Assembly: GCA_040755995.1 (NCBI GenBank)
Contig: JBFMAF010000037.1
Coordinates: forward strand, 192,001 to 256,000
Direction: 5' to 3'
Source: Acidobacteriota bacterium
GTDB lineage: Bacteria; Acidobacteriota; CAIWXX01
Length of the DNA: 64,000 nt
Part shown: positions 9,901-19,656 of the stretch, in pieces
Layout of the letters: every line of letters begins with the position of its first letter
Position numbering within the stretch: the stretch's first letter is position 1
Translations under genes and position numbers: made by a program
The notes under the pieces: model-generated
Told to the model about the DNA's origin: nothing
Seen by the model: the letters and a program-made list of their open reading frames with translations, nothing else
The model's database searches: none

Positions 9901-11534
9901 GCGAGATTCCAGATTGGAGCGCCCTTCGCGAGCGGCTGGGTGAGGTGTCGCCTCACAAGCGAGTCCTCGTCCCTTTCGGAATCCTGTTGTTCAGCTGCCT
10001 CGCCGGATCCACCTTGCGGTCCCCGGCTCTGCGCGCTTTCCTCGCAATGGTCATGCTCGCCGTCGCGATCGGCTTCGCGTTCGTGCTGGGAAAAGTCGCG
10101 CGCGCGTTTCTGTTCGCGACCGCCGCCACCGGCTATATCCTCGCGTTCGGTCAGGTGAAGGACAGCATGTTCTTCTCCTTCATGAGCATGGTCGCCTCAT
10201 ACGGCGTCCCACCGCTGGTCGTACACTTGATGATGATGTTCTCCGAGACCCGGCCTCGCGTGATCGCAACACTCAGGGCGCTGCACCTCTACATCCCGAT
10301 GGCTGTCACGTACGCGGCGGGCTTCAGCGTACTGCTGATGGAGCAGCGCCAGGGGCTCGCCCTGACCGGCTTCACGACACCGCTCGTCCCGTTGATCTAC
10401 TGGGGCTACTACGCGGTCCTGATGTTCTTCGTCACACTCGGCTTCCTCTCCGGCATGCCCGCGCCCAGGCCTGCCCCACGACAATCCACCGACGCCGGGG
10501 ACCTTGAGCGAGAGGGCAAGTTCGGCATTGCAAGCCGCGTCTACGCCCGGTCGCAACAATTCGACAAGAGCGCAGAGGCCGCGCAGCGGGGCGGAGACTG
10601 GCTGCACGCGGCCGAGATGTACCGGCAGGCCGGCGACTCATTCAACGCCGGTGAGATGTACTACCGCGCGCAGAAGTGGGACGACGCGATCGCGATGTAC
10701 GAGCGCGCCAAGGCGTACGGCGCAGCCGCCCGCGTGCTCCTGCAAGTCGGCAGGCACGAAGAGGCCGCCAGGCTCTACGAGAAGGCCGGAGACGCTGCGC
10801 AGGCGGTGAGAGTGCTGGAAGAGGCTGAGAAAAAGCCGGGCCCCGACCTGTACCTGGCGGCTCGCCAGTACGACAAGGCCGCAGCCGCATACGCCGAGCG
10901 CGGAGACTGGATACGAGCGGCCGAGATCACCGAGATGCAGCTCAGAAAGATGGAAGACGCAGCCTCGCTATACGTGCGAGCCGGCAGCTTCGGCAAAGCA
11001 GGCGAGCTCTATGAGGCCGCCGGCAAGAAGGCCGATGCCGTCGAGGCCTACCTGAAATCGCCCGTCACGGCAGCCCGCGCCGCGCGGATGGCACTGGAAG
11101 CCGGCGACGTGGACCGCGCCGCCGGCATTCTCGAGAACCTCGCTGCAGCACAGAACGCAGAATGCGACGACGAGGATGCGCTGATGATGCTCGCGCGGAT
11201 ACATGTCGAGCGACAGAAGACCGACGACGCCATACGCATCCTGCAGCGCTTGAAGCGCTTCCCCGAGCCGGGTGCGTCGGTGTTCTTCCTTCTGGGCCGC
11301 TGCCTGCTCGCAAAGGGCTTGCCCGAAATGGCCGTAGAAGAGCTCCGCACCGCCGTCGAGATGCAGCTCGCCCCCGCCGAGGCACTCGAAGCCCAATACG
11401 ATCTCGCATGCGCCCTGGAAGCCACGAACCAGCCCGCCGAAGCCACTCAGATCTACCACGCCATCATGGCCAAGGACCTGTACTTCAAGGACGTGGAACA
11501 ACGGTACAGGCGGCTCAAGCGGGGCCCTTCATGA
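9897..11534 (+). CDS. Polytopic membrane protein with a C-terminal TPR/alpha-solenoid region
   Basis: About 5-6 hydrophobic segments in the first 185 aa, then repeated AAxxYxxAG units and TPR-like helices; overlaps the ATPase stop codon. Confidence 0.8.
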   Translation: MSEIPDWSALRERLGEVSPHKRVLVPFGILLFSCLAGSTLRSPALRAFLAMVMLAVAIGFAFVLGKVARAFLFATAATGYILAFGQVKDSMFFSFMSMVASYGVPPLVVHLMMMFSETRPRVIATLRALHLYIPMAVTYAAGFSVLLMEQRQGLALTGFTTPLVPLIYWGYYAVLMFFVTLGFLSGMPAPRPAPRQSTDAGDLEREGKFGIASRVYARSQQFDKSAEAAQRGGDWLHAAEMYRQAGDSFNAGEMYYRAQKWDDAIAMYERAKAYGAAARVLLQVGRHEEAARLYEKAGDAAQAVRVLEEAEKKPGPDLYLAARQYDKAAAAYAERGDWIRAAEITEMQLRKMEDAASLYVRAGSFGKAGELYEAAGKKADAVEAYLKSPVTAARAARMALEAGDVDRAAGILENLAAAQNAECDDEDALMMLARIHVERQKTDDAIRILQRLKRFPEPGASVFFLLGRCLLAKGLPEMAVEELRTAVEMQLAPAEALEAQYDLACALEATNQPAEATQIYHAIMAKDLYFKDVEQRYRRLKRGPS

Positions 11535-12571
11535 AGGTCCTCGTCATTACCTCGGACGTCCCGTTCATCCACGGCGGACATCGGATCATCGCATCCTGTC
11601 TGGTCAGGGCGTTGCAGGCGCGGGGTGTACAGGCCGAAGCGCTCTTCACGCCGCAGAACCGGTTCGGACGCCAGTTCGCGGCTTATCTCGCCACCTACCT
11701 TACCGACGTGGGACTGACCGGCACTAACGAGAAGGTTGACCAGATAGTCACGCTGCGCTTCCCAAGCTACGCGCTGCGCCACGACCGTCACGTCTGCTGG
11801 CTGCTGCACCGGATGCGCGAGTACTACGACCTGTGGCCCGAATGGCGCGCGCGGCTGAGCTGGAAAGGCGCCGTCAAGGAACGCGTACGCCGCGCGCTCA
11901 TCCAACGCGCCGATAGCTACTTTCTGCGCCGCGTAACGAAACTCTTCGCACTCTCCGCCACCGTGCAGCAGCGGCTCCGCCGCTGGGGCGGGATCGACTC
12001 CGAGGTGCTCCACCCGCCGCCGCCGCAACGCCCGTACCGGTGCGATTCATTCGGCGACTTCATCTTCGCGCCGTCGCGGCTGAACCCGCTCAAGCGCCAG
12101 CAGCTGCTGGTCGAGGCCATGGCCGCGGCGCGCGACCGCAGCATCCGCGCCGTCATATCGGGAGGGGGCGAGTCGCACGAGATGCTTGCCGCGCTGATAC
12201 GCGATCGGGGTCTCGAAGCGCGCTGCACGCTGGCAGGTCACCTCTCCGAAGACGCGCTGATCGAACACTACGCACAGTGCCGCGCCGTCTTTTTCGCGCC
12301 GAAGAGCGAAGACTACGGGTTCGTTACGGCCGAGGCATTCGCGTCAGGCAAGCCCGTCGTGACGTGCGTGGACAGCGGCGGGGCGGCCGAGCTGGTGGAG
12401 GACGGTGGCAACGGATTCGTTGTAGCGCCGGAGCCAGCCGCCGTGGCCGCGCGAATCGACGAGCTCGCGGGCGACCGGGAGCTGGCCGAGCGGCTCGGGG
12501 ATCGCGGACGCACGCGCGTGTCGGCCGTCACCTGGGAGAAAACGGCAGATCGCCTGCTTCTACAGGAGTAG
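11531..12571 (+). CDS. Glycosyltransferase family 4 protein
   Basis: MKVLVITSDVPF start with ATGA overlap; SRLNPLKR and EDYGFVTAEAFASGKPVV (EX7E) motifs. Confidence 0.88.
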   Translation: MKVLVITSDVPFIHGGHRIIASCLVRALQARGVQAEALFTPQNRFGRQFAAYLATYLTDVGLTGTNEKVDQIVTLRFPSYALRHDRHVCWLLHRMREYYDLWPEWRARLSWKGAVKERVRRALIQRADSYFLRRVTKLFALSATVQQRLRRWGGIDSEVLHPPPPQRPYRCDSFGDFIFAPSRLNPLKRQQLLVEAMAAARDRSIRAVISGGGESHEMLAALIRDRGLEARCTLAGHLSEDALIEHYAQCRAVFFAPKSEDYGFVTAEAFASGKPVVTCVDSGGAAELVEDGGNGFVVAPEPAAVAARIDELAGDRELAERLGDRGRTRVSAVTWEKTADRLLLQE

Positions 12572-12736
12572 AAGCACAAGATCTTGTGGTCCACCGCGGG
12601 ATCGCCCAACAAATGGTAGCATCGACTTTTCCACACACTTTTCAACGCTTGTGGAAATCGTGTTTCGGGCGTGGGGGTAATCCCCTTGGCCGGCGGACAG
12701 GGCGGGGACAGGGGCCCGCGGCGACAGGGCCCGCCG

Positions 12737-15256
12737 CTACGACCGCGACGCGCGCAGCACCTGCGCCAGGAAGCGGCCGGTGGCGGATGTCACGGCTCGC
12801 GCCACGGCCTCTGGCGTCCCCTCGGCGACGATCCATCCGCCTTCGTCGCCGCCCTCGGGCCCGAGGTCGATCACGTGGTCGGCGCACTTGATGACGTCCA
12901 TGTGATGTTCGATCACGATCACGGTGTTGCCGAGGTCGACGAGTCTGAGGAGAAGCTCGATGAGTCTCCTGACGTCCTCGAAATGCAGCCCTGTAGTGGG
13001 TTCGTCGAGGATGTAGAGCGTCTTGCCGGTGTCCTTGCGGCTGAGCTCCTTGGCGAGCTTGATGCGCTGGGCTTCGCCGCCTGAGAGGGTGACGGCGGAC
13101 TGGCCGAGCGTGATGTAGCCCAGACCGACTTCCTGGAGTGTGGCCAGCTTGCGCCGCATCGGGTGGATCGAGCCCAGGTAGCTCACTGCTTCGTCCACGG
13201 TCATCTCCAGGTAGTCGGCGATGCTCTTGCCGCGGAACCGCACTTCGAGAGTCTCGCGGTTGTACCGGCGGCCTCCGCAGAGATCGCACGTCACGTACAC
13301 GTCCGGCAGGAAATTCATCTCGATCTTCTTCTGGCCGTCGCCGCGGCACGCTTCGCATCGCCCGCCCTTGACGTTGAAGCTGAAGCGGCCGGGTGCGTAG
13401 CCGCGGATCTTGGACTCAGGGAGCATCGAGAAGAAGTTGCGGAGTATCGCAAAGAGCCCGGTGTAGGTTGCCGGGTTCGATCGTGGTGTGCGACCGATGG
13501 GGGACTGGTCGATCTCCACCACCTTGTCTATGTTCGAAGCTCCTTCGACAGACCGGTGCGCACCCGGAGCCTCCTTGGCGCGATACAGCTTGCGCGCCAG
13601 CACGCGATACAGAATCTCGTTCACCAGCGTGCTCTTGCCGGAGCCCGAGACACCTGTGACGGCGACGAAGAGGCCCAGCGGAAATCTGACGGTGATGTCT
13701 TTGAGGTTGTGTTCGGAGGCGTGGCGGACTGTGATGGCCCTGCCGTTGCCGCGCCTCCGTTCTGCCGGCACAGGGATGGTCTTCTCGCGTCGCAGATAGG
13801 CGCCGGTGAGAGAGTCCGCCTTCGCGGCGACTTCCGCCGGCGCTCCCTCGCAAATGAGATATCCGCCGCTGCGTCCTGCGCCCGGCCCCAGATCGATCAC
13901 CCAATCAGCGCTCCGGATGGTTTCCTCGTCATGCTCCACCACGATCACCGTGTTCCCTCGATCGCGGAGCTCGCAGAGCCACTCCAGCAGACTGCGGTTG
14001 TCTCGCTGGTGAAGGCCGATCGACGGCTCGTCCAGAACGTACAGGACGCCGGTCAGGTGGCTTCCAATCTGGCTGGCCAGCCGAATCCGCTGCGCCTCGC
14101 CGCCGGCAAGGCTTCGAGCGGGACGGTCGAGCGTCAGGTAGGACAGGCCCAGATGCAGCATGAACTCCATCCGCTCGCGGATCTCGCGGATCAGCCGGTC
14201 GCCGATCGCGTGCTGCCGCTCGTCGAGCTCCAGCCCGGCCAGCGTCCCGTGTGCTCTCTCTATCGGGGATCGGACGAGATCGTGTATGTTCATACCGCCC
14301 AGTGTGACGGCGAGCGACTCCGGCCGCAGCCTCCCGCCGTCGCACGCGGGGCACGGCCTTCTCGCCACGTGAGGTGTCGTGAGATCTTCCTCGTCATAGA
14401 GGACCGAGTGTTCGACTCCGAGTCCCCGGCAATTCGGGCACGCGCCGAACGGGCTGTTGAACGAGAAGTTGCGCGGGTGGAGCTCGGGGAGGCTGATACC
14501 GCAGTGCAGGCAGGCCATCCTGGTCGAGATGAGCTGCTCATCCTTGCCCGCGCGGATGAGGACCTGGCCCGCCGAGAGGCGCGCCGCGAGCTCGAGTGCC
14601 TCATCGACGCGCTGCGCGTTCTCCTTGCGCGCCGCCAGAGTGTCGAGCAGGAGATCGATATCGTGCTTGTGCCTCAAGCGCAAAGGCCCAGCGACACCCA
14701 GATCAACAATGCGCCCGTCGACGCGGGCGCGAACCAATCCCATTCGTGCCCAGGTCTGGAATTCTTTCTGAAAGGTGCCTTTCTTGCCGCGCGCCACCGG
14801 AGCGTAGATGGTGGTGGGCGTGCCTTCGGGCTGGGCCAGTATCCGCTCGCGGACCTTCGCGAGCGACTGCGAGCGAACCGCGCGTCGGCAGCGAGGGCAG
14901 TGCGACTGCCCGACCCGCGCGTACAGCAGGCGCAGGTAGTCGTAGATCTCGGTCACCGTCCCGACGGTCGACCTCGGGCTGTGTGAGATCGTCTTCTGGC
15001 TGATCGAAACGGTGGGGTAGAGGCCCTCGATAGAGTCCACATCCGGTTTCTCGAGCTGCTCCATGAACTGCCGCGCATACGACGAAAGGCTCTCGATGTA
15101 TCGCCGCTGCCCTTCTGCAAACAGAGTGTCGAACGCCAGCGATGACTTGCCGGACCCGGACAGCCCCGTAACTACGATCAGGCGGTGGTGAGGGATCGCC
15201 AGGCTGAGGTTCTTCAGGTTGTGTTGTCTGGCCCCTCTGACGACTATCTCATGCAT
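12737..15256 (-). CDS. uvrA: Excinuclease ABC subunit A (839 aa, insertion domain largely missing)
   Basis: GARQHNLK, GLSGSGKSSLAFDT, GGEAQRIRLA, GVSGSGKSTL, PIGRTPRSNPATYTG, zinc fingers and LSGGEAQRIKLA; extended -10 (TGaTATAAT, -10 hexamer at 15270-15275) upstream. Confidence 0.95.
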   Translation of the reverse strand: MHEIVVRGARQHNLKNLSLAIPHHRLIVVTGLSGSGKSSLAFDTLFAEGQRRYIESLSSYARQFMEQLEKPDVDSIEGLYPTVSISQKTISHSPRSTVGTVTEIYDYLRLLYARVGQSHCPRCRRAVRSQSLAKVRERILAQPEGTPTTIYAPVARGKKGTFQKEFQTWARMGLVRARVDGRIVDLGVAGPLRLRHKHDIDLLLDTLAARKENAQRVDEALELAARLSAGQVLIRAGKDEQLISTRMACLHCGISLPELHPRNFSFNSPFGACPNCRGLGVEHSVLYDEEDLTTPHVARRPCPACDGGRLRPESLAVTLGGMNIHDLVRSPIERAHGTLAGLELDERQHAIGDRLIREIRERMEFMLHLGLSYLTLDRPARSLAGGEAQRIRLASQIGSHLTGVLYVLDEPSIGLHQRDNRSLLEWLCELRDRGNTVIVVEHDEETIRSADWVIDLGPGAGRSGGYLICEGAPAEVAAKADSLTGAYLRREKTIPVPAERRRGNGRAITVRHASEHNLKDITVRFPLGLFVAVTGVSGSGKSTLVNEILYRVLARKLYRAKEAPGAHRSVEGASNIDKVVEIDQSPIGRTPRSNPATYTGLFAILRNFFSMLPESKIRGYAPGRFSFNVKGGRCEACRGDGQKKIEMNFLPDVYVTCDLCGGRRYNRETLEVRFRGKSIADYLEMTVDEAVSYLGSIHPMRRKLATLQEVGLGYITLGQSAVTLSGGEAQRIKLAKELSRKDTGKTLYILDEPTTGLHFEDVRRLIELLLRLVDLGNTVIVIEHHMDVIKCADHVIDLGPEGGDEGGWIVAEGTPEAVARAVTSATGRFLAQVLRASRS

Positions 15257-15384
15257 AGCGAAATCCCAAATTATATCAGACATGGGACCGAAGCTGGCGA
15301 AGCGAATGCTCCGCCCGACTGAGACTTCACGAATGCAAGGGCGGTACCGCCGGACTGCGGACCTACGGCCACCTTTGGCCAACA

Positions 15385-15413
15385 TTGACAGTCCCCGTTC
15401 CACGTGGTACATT
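15385..15413 (+). promoter_or_regulatory. Sigma70-type promoter for the DUF948/YtxH-like genes
   Basis: TTGACA-N17-TACATT with TG extension. Confidence 0.65.
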
Positions 15414-15435
15414 CCAGTTGCTTTCTTGGAGAACC

Positions 15436-15819
15436 ATGAGTCAACCATTGACACTCACGCAGTTTTGTTTGCTGATTCTGGTGATTGCGGCTGTGGTTGT
15501 TGTGCACCAGATCGTGCTGACCCTGGGGCAGTTCCGCCGTACGCTTTCGAAGACCGACGAGGTGCTTGGTGACCTGCGCGGAACATTGGTGGAGCTCCGG
15601 CAGATCATCGGCATCGTGAAGGCTCGAGCCCAGGCTCTTTCGGCGACTCTCGAAGGATTCGAGCGGACGGCGGCCAAGCTCTCCGCCACGCTGGAACAGG
15701 TGGCGACCTACATCTTGAAACCCTTTCTTATCATCAGCAGTTTGCTCGGAGGGGTGAAGACCGCTCTGGGCTTGTTCAGAAGGTCAAGAAAAGAAGGAGA
15801 CGAACATGTCCGAGAATAG
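15436..15819 (+). CDS. DUF948/YoxC-like membrane-anchored coiled-coil protein
   Basis: N-terminal TM helix, heptad coiled coil, adjacent to a YtxH-like gene. Confidence 0.65.
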   Translation: MSQPLTLTQFCLLILVIAAVVVVHQIVLTLGQFRRTLSKTDEVLGDLRGTLVELRQIIGIVKARAQALSATLEGFERTAAKLSATLEQVATYILKPFLIISSLLGGVKTALGLFRRSRKEGDEHVRE

Positions 15820-16132
15820 GGAATCAAACGCGCTGGAAGTGACGTTGGCGTTCTTGCTGGGAGGAGTGATTGGAGCGGGCCTGGCGCTGCTCTTCGCCCC
15901 AGCCACGGGGGCCGAGACGCGCAAGAGAATCCGCGAAACCGGAGATCGATACCGCACCAGGATCCGTGAGGGTGCCGAGGAGTTGCGCGGGACCGTGTCC
16001 GAGTCGTATGGGAAGGTCAGGGAGGGTGTCAAGACGTTCGTCGATGACACCAAGACCAGGGGCAAGGCCGCTGTGTCTGCGGCCAAGGAGGCCTGGAAGG
16101 AGCCGCCGGAGGGGGAGGGCGCCGGGAGCTAG
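15806..16132 (+). CDS. YtxH domain protein
   Basis: FLLGGVIGAGLALLFAPATGAETR signature; AAGGAG RBS. Confidence 0.85.
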   Translation: MSENRESNALEVTLAFLLGGVIGAGLALLFAPATGAETRKRIRETGDRYRTRIREGAEELRGTVSESYGKVREGVKTFVDDTKTRGKAAVSAAKEAWKEPPEGEGAGS

Positions 16133-16327
16133 CCCCTCCACCCGTTCGTTGATCGACCCCGGCGCAGGCCGGGGTCGCGGCCGAGGTTTTCACACATGGG
16201 AGCGGAGTGGGGAAACCGGGGAGGCCCGGCCCAAAGACACCCCGGGCGTCAAGCCCACGACTGGGCCGCCGTGGGTCCGATTCGGGTCTGTGCCACCCTG
16301 CGTGTGCGGGCCACCCGGGGATAGGCC

Positions 16328-17545
16328 ATGAAGGACTGCCTGGCCGTGCTTCTGGCGGGTGGGGCGGGAGAGCGCCTGTTTCCGCTCACGAAGAACCGTG
16401 CCAAGCCTGCGGTCTATTTTGGCGGCGTCTACCGGATCGTCGACTTCACGTTGTCGAACTGCATCAACAGCGACCTGCGAATGGTCTTCATACTCACGCA
16501 ATACAAGTCGCTTTCGCTGGAGCGCCACTTGCGGCTGGGATGGAGCTTGATGGCTGCGGAGCTCGGCGAGTTCATCGACGTGCTTTCGCCTCAGAAGCGC
16601 GTCAGCGAAAACTGGTACCTCGGGACGGCCGACGCCGTATATCAGAACCTCTACTCGATCCGCGGGGTGAATCCCAAGTACGTTTTCGTACTGTCGGGAG
16701 ACCACATCTACAAGATGGACTACTCGCTGATGCTCCAGTATCACCGCCGGACCCGTGCGGACGTGACGATTGCGGCCATCGAGTATCCGCTGTCGGTGGC
16801 GAGCCGGTTCGGAATCCTGAGGGTCGATTCGTCGTTCCAGGTCGTGGACTTCATGGAGAAGCCGGCGGATCCACCGCCAATGTCGCCTGGTTCGAATCTG
16901 GCTCTCGTGAACATGGGCGTATATCTCTTCAACCGTGACGTGCTTCTCAATACGCTCAGCCAGGATGCCGGCAACGCCGAGAGCACGCACGATTTCGGCC
17001 ACGACGTCTTTCCCGGCATGGTCGGCCGCTACAAGATCGTGGCATACAACTTCAAGGACGAGAACAAGAAGCAGGCCAAGTACTGGAGGGACATAGGGAC
17101 GATCGACGCCTACTACGAGGCCAACATGGATCTGGTTTCGGTGGACCCGGTCTTCAACCTGTACGATCCAGCCTGGCCGCTCCACACGTACCAGTGGCAG
17201 TACCCGCCGGCCAAGTTCGTCTTCGCCGACGAAGGCATACGAATGGGCGCGGCCCTGGATTCAATCGTGTCGATGGGCTGCATCATCAGCGGTGGAAAAG
17301 TCGTCAACAGCGTGCTCTGCCCGAACGTGCGAGTGAACAGCTACAGCCTGGTCGAGACGTCGATCCTCATGCGCAACGTAAGGATCGGCCGCTACGCGAA
17401 GATCCGCAATGCGATCATAGATACAGGGGTGCAGATCCCCGAAGGGACGCGAATCGGTTACGACCTCGACGCTGACCGCGAGCGTTACATGGTAACCCCA
17501 GGAGGCATCACCGTGGTTGCCTCGCCGGAATTGCCCGTGGAGTGA
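16328..17545 (+). CDS. glgC: Glucose-1-phosphate adenylyltransferase
   Basis: LAGGAGERLFPLT..RAKPAV, TQYKS, GTADAVYQN, GDHIYKMDY, DFGHDV and YWRDIGTIDAYYEAN. Confidence 0.95.
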   Translation: MKDCLAVLLAGGAGERLFPLTKNRAKPAVYFGGVYRIVDFTLSNCINSDLRMVFILTQYKSLSLERHLRLGWSLMAAELGEFIDVLSPQKRVSENWYLGTADAVYQNLYSIRGVNPKYVFVLSGDHIYKMDYSLMLQYHRRTRADVTIAAIEYPLSVASRFGILRVDSSFQVVDFMEKPADPPPMSPGSNLALVNMGVYLFNRDVLLNTLSQDAGNAESTHDFGHDVFPGMVGRYKIVAYNFKDENKKQAKYWRDIGTIDAYYEANMDLVSVDPVFNLYDPAWPLHTYQWQYPPAKFVFADEGIRMGAALDSIVSMGCIISGGKVVNSVLCPNVRVNSYSLVETSILMRNVRIGRYAKIRNAIIDTGVQIPEGTRIGYDLDADRERYMVTPGGITVVASPELPVE

Positions 17546-17549
17546 TCAA

Positions 17550-17662
17550 TCACGAATGCCTGGCGCGAAAGAGACTGTAGCGATCGAGCCGGAGTGCGTG
17601 CCCGTGAGGCGCGGCCGGAGCGGCCTCGCATGATTCATCGGCCAGAGGCCCCGCCTCGCTGA
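17550..17662 (+). repeat. Dispersed element, copy A (short; lacks the heptamer segment; left edge approximate)
   Basis: Degenerate box CTGTAGCGATCGAGC at 17575-17589; 56-bp palindrome at 17604-17659 aligns without gaps to four other copies. Confidence 0.7.
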
Positions 17663-17664
17663 AG

Positions 17665-19656
17665 ATGGACCCCCTGGATCAGCAGAAGGACCCGACCCCG
17701 CCTCTTCGCACCCCGCCGGTCATCGTCGGCAGCGAAGAGACCACACACGAGACGACCGCCACATGGCCGCGGCCGACGCTGAGACGCCCGCTGCAGGCGC
17801 TGCGTCTGAGCCTGACGGCCCGGCTGGTCGTCGCCGCTCTCCTGAGCGGACTCGCCGTCATGGCGCTCGTCTCGCTCGTGCCTTTGCATCGCGAGAGGGT
17901 GGTTCTTTTGGAGCAGTACAGCAGGCGAGCAACTTCGCTCGCGACGGTGGCGGCCTGGAGCGCCGGGGAGGCCCTGTCCGTCAACGACCTGACGTCCTTG
18001 CAGGCCCTCGTCGGGCACCTCAAGAACGAAGCTGACGTGGTGTATGCTCTGGTGCTCGGCCGGGACGAGAAACCGATCGCGTGGAGCGACCCGGCGGTGC
18101 TGGGCGGCAGGCTTCCGGCGGCGGAACCGCGGCCGGGCCTCGGGGTGTCGGGGTCAGAGATCAGGATGATCCAGTACCAGCCAGGCGGCGCGTCGGCGCC
18201 GGCTCCGGTCCTCGACATCAGCGTCACCGTACCGCCCGGTGACCAGCTGCCTGTGTCTTACGGTACGCTCAGGATCGGACTCTCGCTCGAGGGCATGAAC
18301 AGGGAGCTGTCCAAGACGCGGTTGATATTGCTGGCACAGGCCGAGCTTGCGGTAGGCCTGTGCGCCCTCGTCGCCTTTCTCGTGGCCAGAGGGATCACGA
18401 CACCCATTCGGCGGCTGGTCACCGCGGCCATGCGGGCCGCCAAGGGTGATCTGGCCGCGAGGATACGCATACAGCGAAAGGACGAGATCGGGGAGCTTGC
18501 GCGCAGTTTCAACTACATGGTGGAACAGATCAGGACCAATCAGAGGAAGATCGAGGAGCTGAACCGAAACCTCGAGCGGAAGGTCAAGATCCGCACCAAG
18601 GAGCTCGAGGACAGCAACCGCGCCTTGAAGAAGGCCTTCCTGGAGCTGAAGCACGCCGAGTCGCAGATCATCCATTCGGAAAAGATGGCCTCGCTCGGGC
18701 AGGTCGTGGCCGGTGTGGCCCACGAGATCAACACACCGACATCCGCCATCAATGCCGCCGCCGACAACATGCGTTACCACATGGAATGCGTGGGCCCGCA
18801 GCTCCAGGCGCTCTACGCCCTGCATCTGGACTCCGGCGCGATGCAGGTCCTGCACAGGGTCTTCGACAGGATCACACGAGTCGAAGGCGGCGGGCCGCAC
18901 GTCAGCTCGGGGGACCTCCGCATCCGCAGCCGCGCCATAGAGGAGTCGCTGGAAGCCCAGGGGCTGGATGACCAGCGCGACCTCGCCTATGCACTCGCGC
19001 GGCTCGACCTCGGTCAGGAGTTGGACGAGCTGCTGAGGCAGCTCGGCCGGGACCGTCTCGACGTGGTCGTGCCATTCCTGCGCAGCATCGCCGTGATGTC
19101 GAGCTCGATCCTCGACCTCAGGACCAGCGTGAATGCGATCATGCGCCTGGTGAAAGCCCTAAAGACGTACTCACACCTCGACCAGGCCGAGGTGACGGAT
19201 GTCAACATCCACGACGGCCTGGAGACCACGCTCACCATCCTGCACAACCAGCTGCGCTACGGGATCACGGTCGAACGGAACTACGGCAGTGTTCCCTTCA
19301 TCCGTGGAAACCCATCGGAGCTGAATCAGATATGGACAAATATCCTCGTTAATGCTATTCAAGCAATGAAAGGCAACGGCAAGATCACGATCGAGACCGG
19401 CACGAGGGACGGGTGGGTTTTCGCAAGAATCACGGACGACGGACCGGGCATACCATCCAGTATCCTGGGGCGGGTTTTCGATCCTTTCTTCACCACCAAG
19501 GCCCAGGGAGAAGGCACTGGGCTCGGGCTGTCGATCTGCCAGCAGCTTGCCATGCGCAACCGCGGCCGGATCTCAGTGCGGTCACATCCGGGGCAAACCT
19601 GTTTCGAGGTGATGTTCCCGACAGGTGTGGAGCGGGGGGCGAATGCCGAGACGTGA
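17665..19656 (+). CDS. Membrane sensor histidine kinase (two TM, HAMP, HisKA, HATPase_c)
   Basis: DEIGELARSFNYM HAMP; EKMASLGQVVAGVAHEINTP H-box; NAIQA, DDGPGI, FDPFFTTK and GTGLGL. Confidence 0.92.
   Translation: MDPLDQQKDPTPPLRTPPVIVGSEETTHETTATWPRPTLRRPLQALRLSLTARLVVAALLSGLAVMALVSLVPLHRERVVLLEQYSRRATSLATVAAWSAGEALSVNDLTSLQALVGHLKNEADVVYALVLGRDEKPIAWSDPAVLGGRLPAAEPRPGLGVSGSEIRMIQYQPGGASAPAPVLDISVTVPPGDQLPVSYGTLRIGLSLEGMNRELSKTRLILLAQAELAVGLCALVAFLVARGITTPIRRLVTAAMRAAKGDLAARIRIQRKDEIGELARSFNYMVEQIRTNQRKIEELNRNLERKVKIRTKELEDSNRALKKAFLELKHAESQIIHSEKMASLGQVVAGVAHEINTPTSAINAAADNMRYHMECVGPQLQALYALHLDSGAMQVLHRVFDRITRVEGGGPHVSSGDLRIRSRAIEESLEAQGLDDQRDLAYALARLDLGQELDELLRQLGRDRLDVVVPFLRSIAVMSSSILDLRTSVNAIMRLVKALKTYSHLDQAEVTDVNIHDGLETTLTILHNQLRYGITVERNYGSVPFIRGNPSELNQIWTNILVNAIQAMKGNGKITIETGTRDGWVFARITDDGPGIPSSILGRVFDPFFTTKAQGEGTGLGLSICQQLAMRNRGRISVRSHPGQTCFEVMFPTGVERGANAET

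Noticed and set aside
15257..15454. N-terminal extension of UvrA, and a LexA box upstream of uvrA
   Set aside because: Homology starts at MHEIVVRGARQHNLK (15256) and the extension overlaps the divergent promoter. No convincing GTTC-N7-GTTC or CTGT-N8-ACAG site seen.
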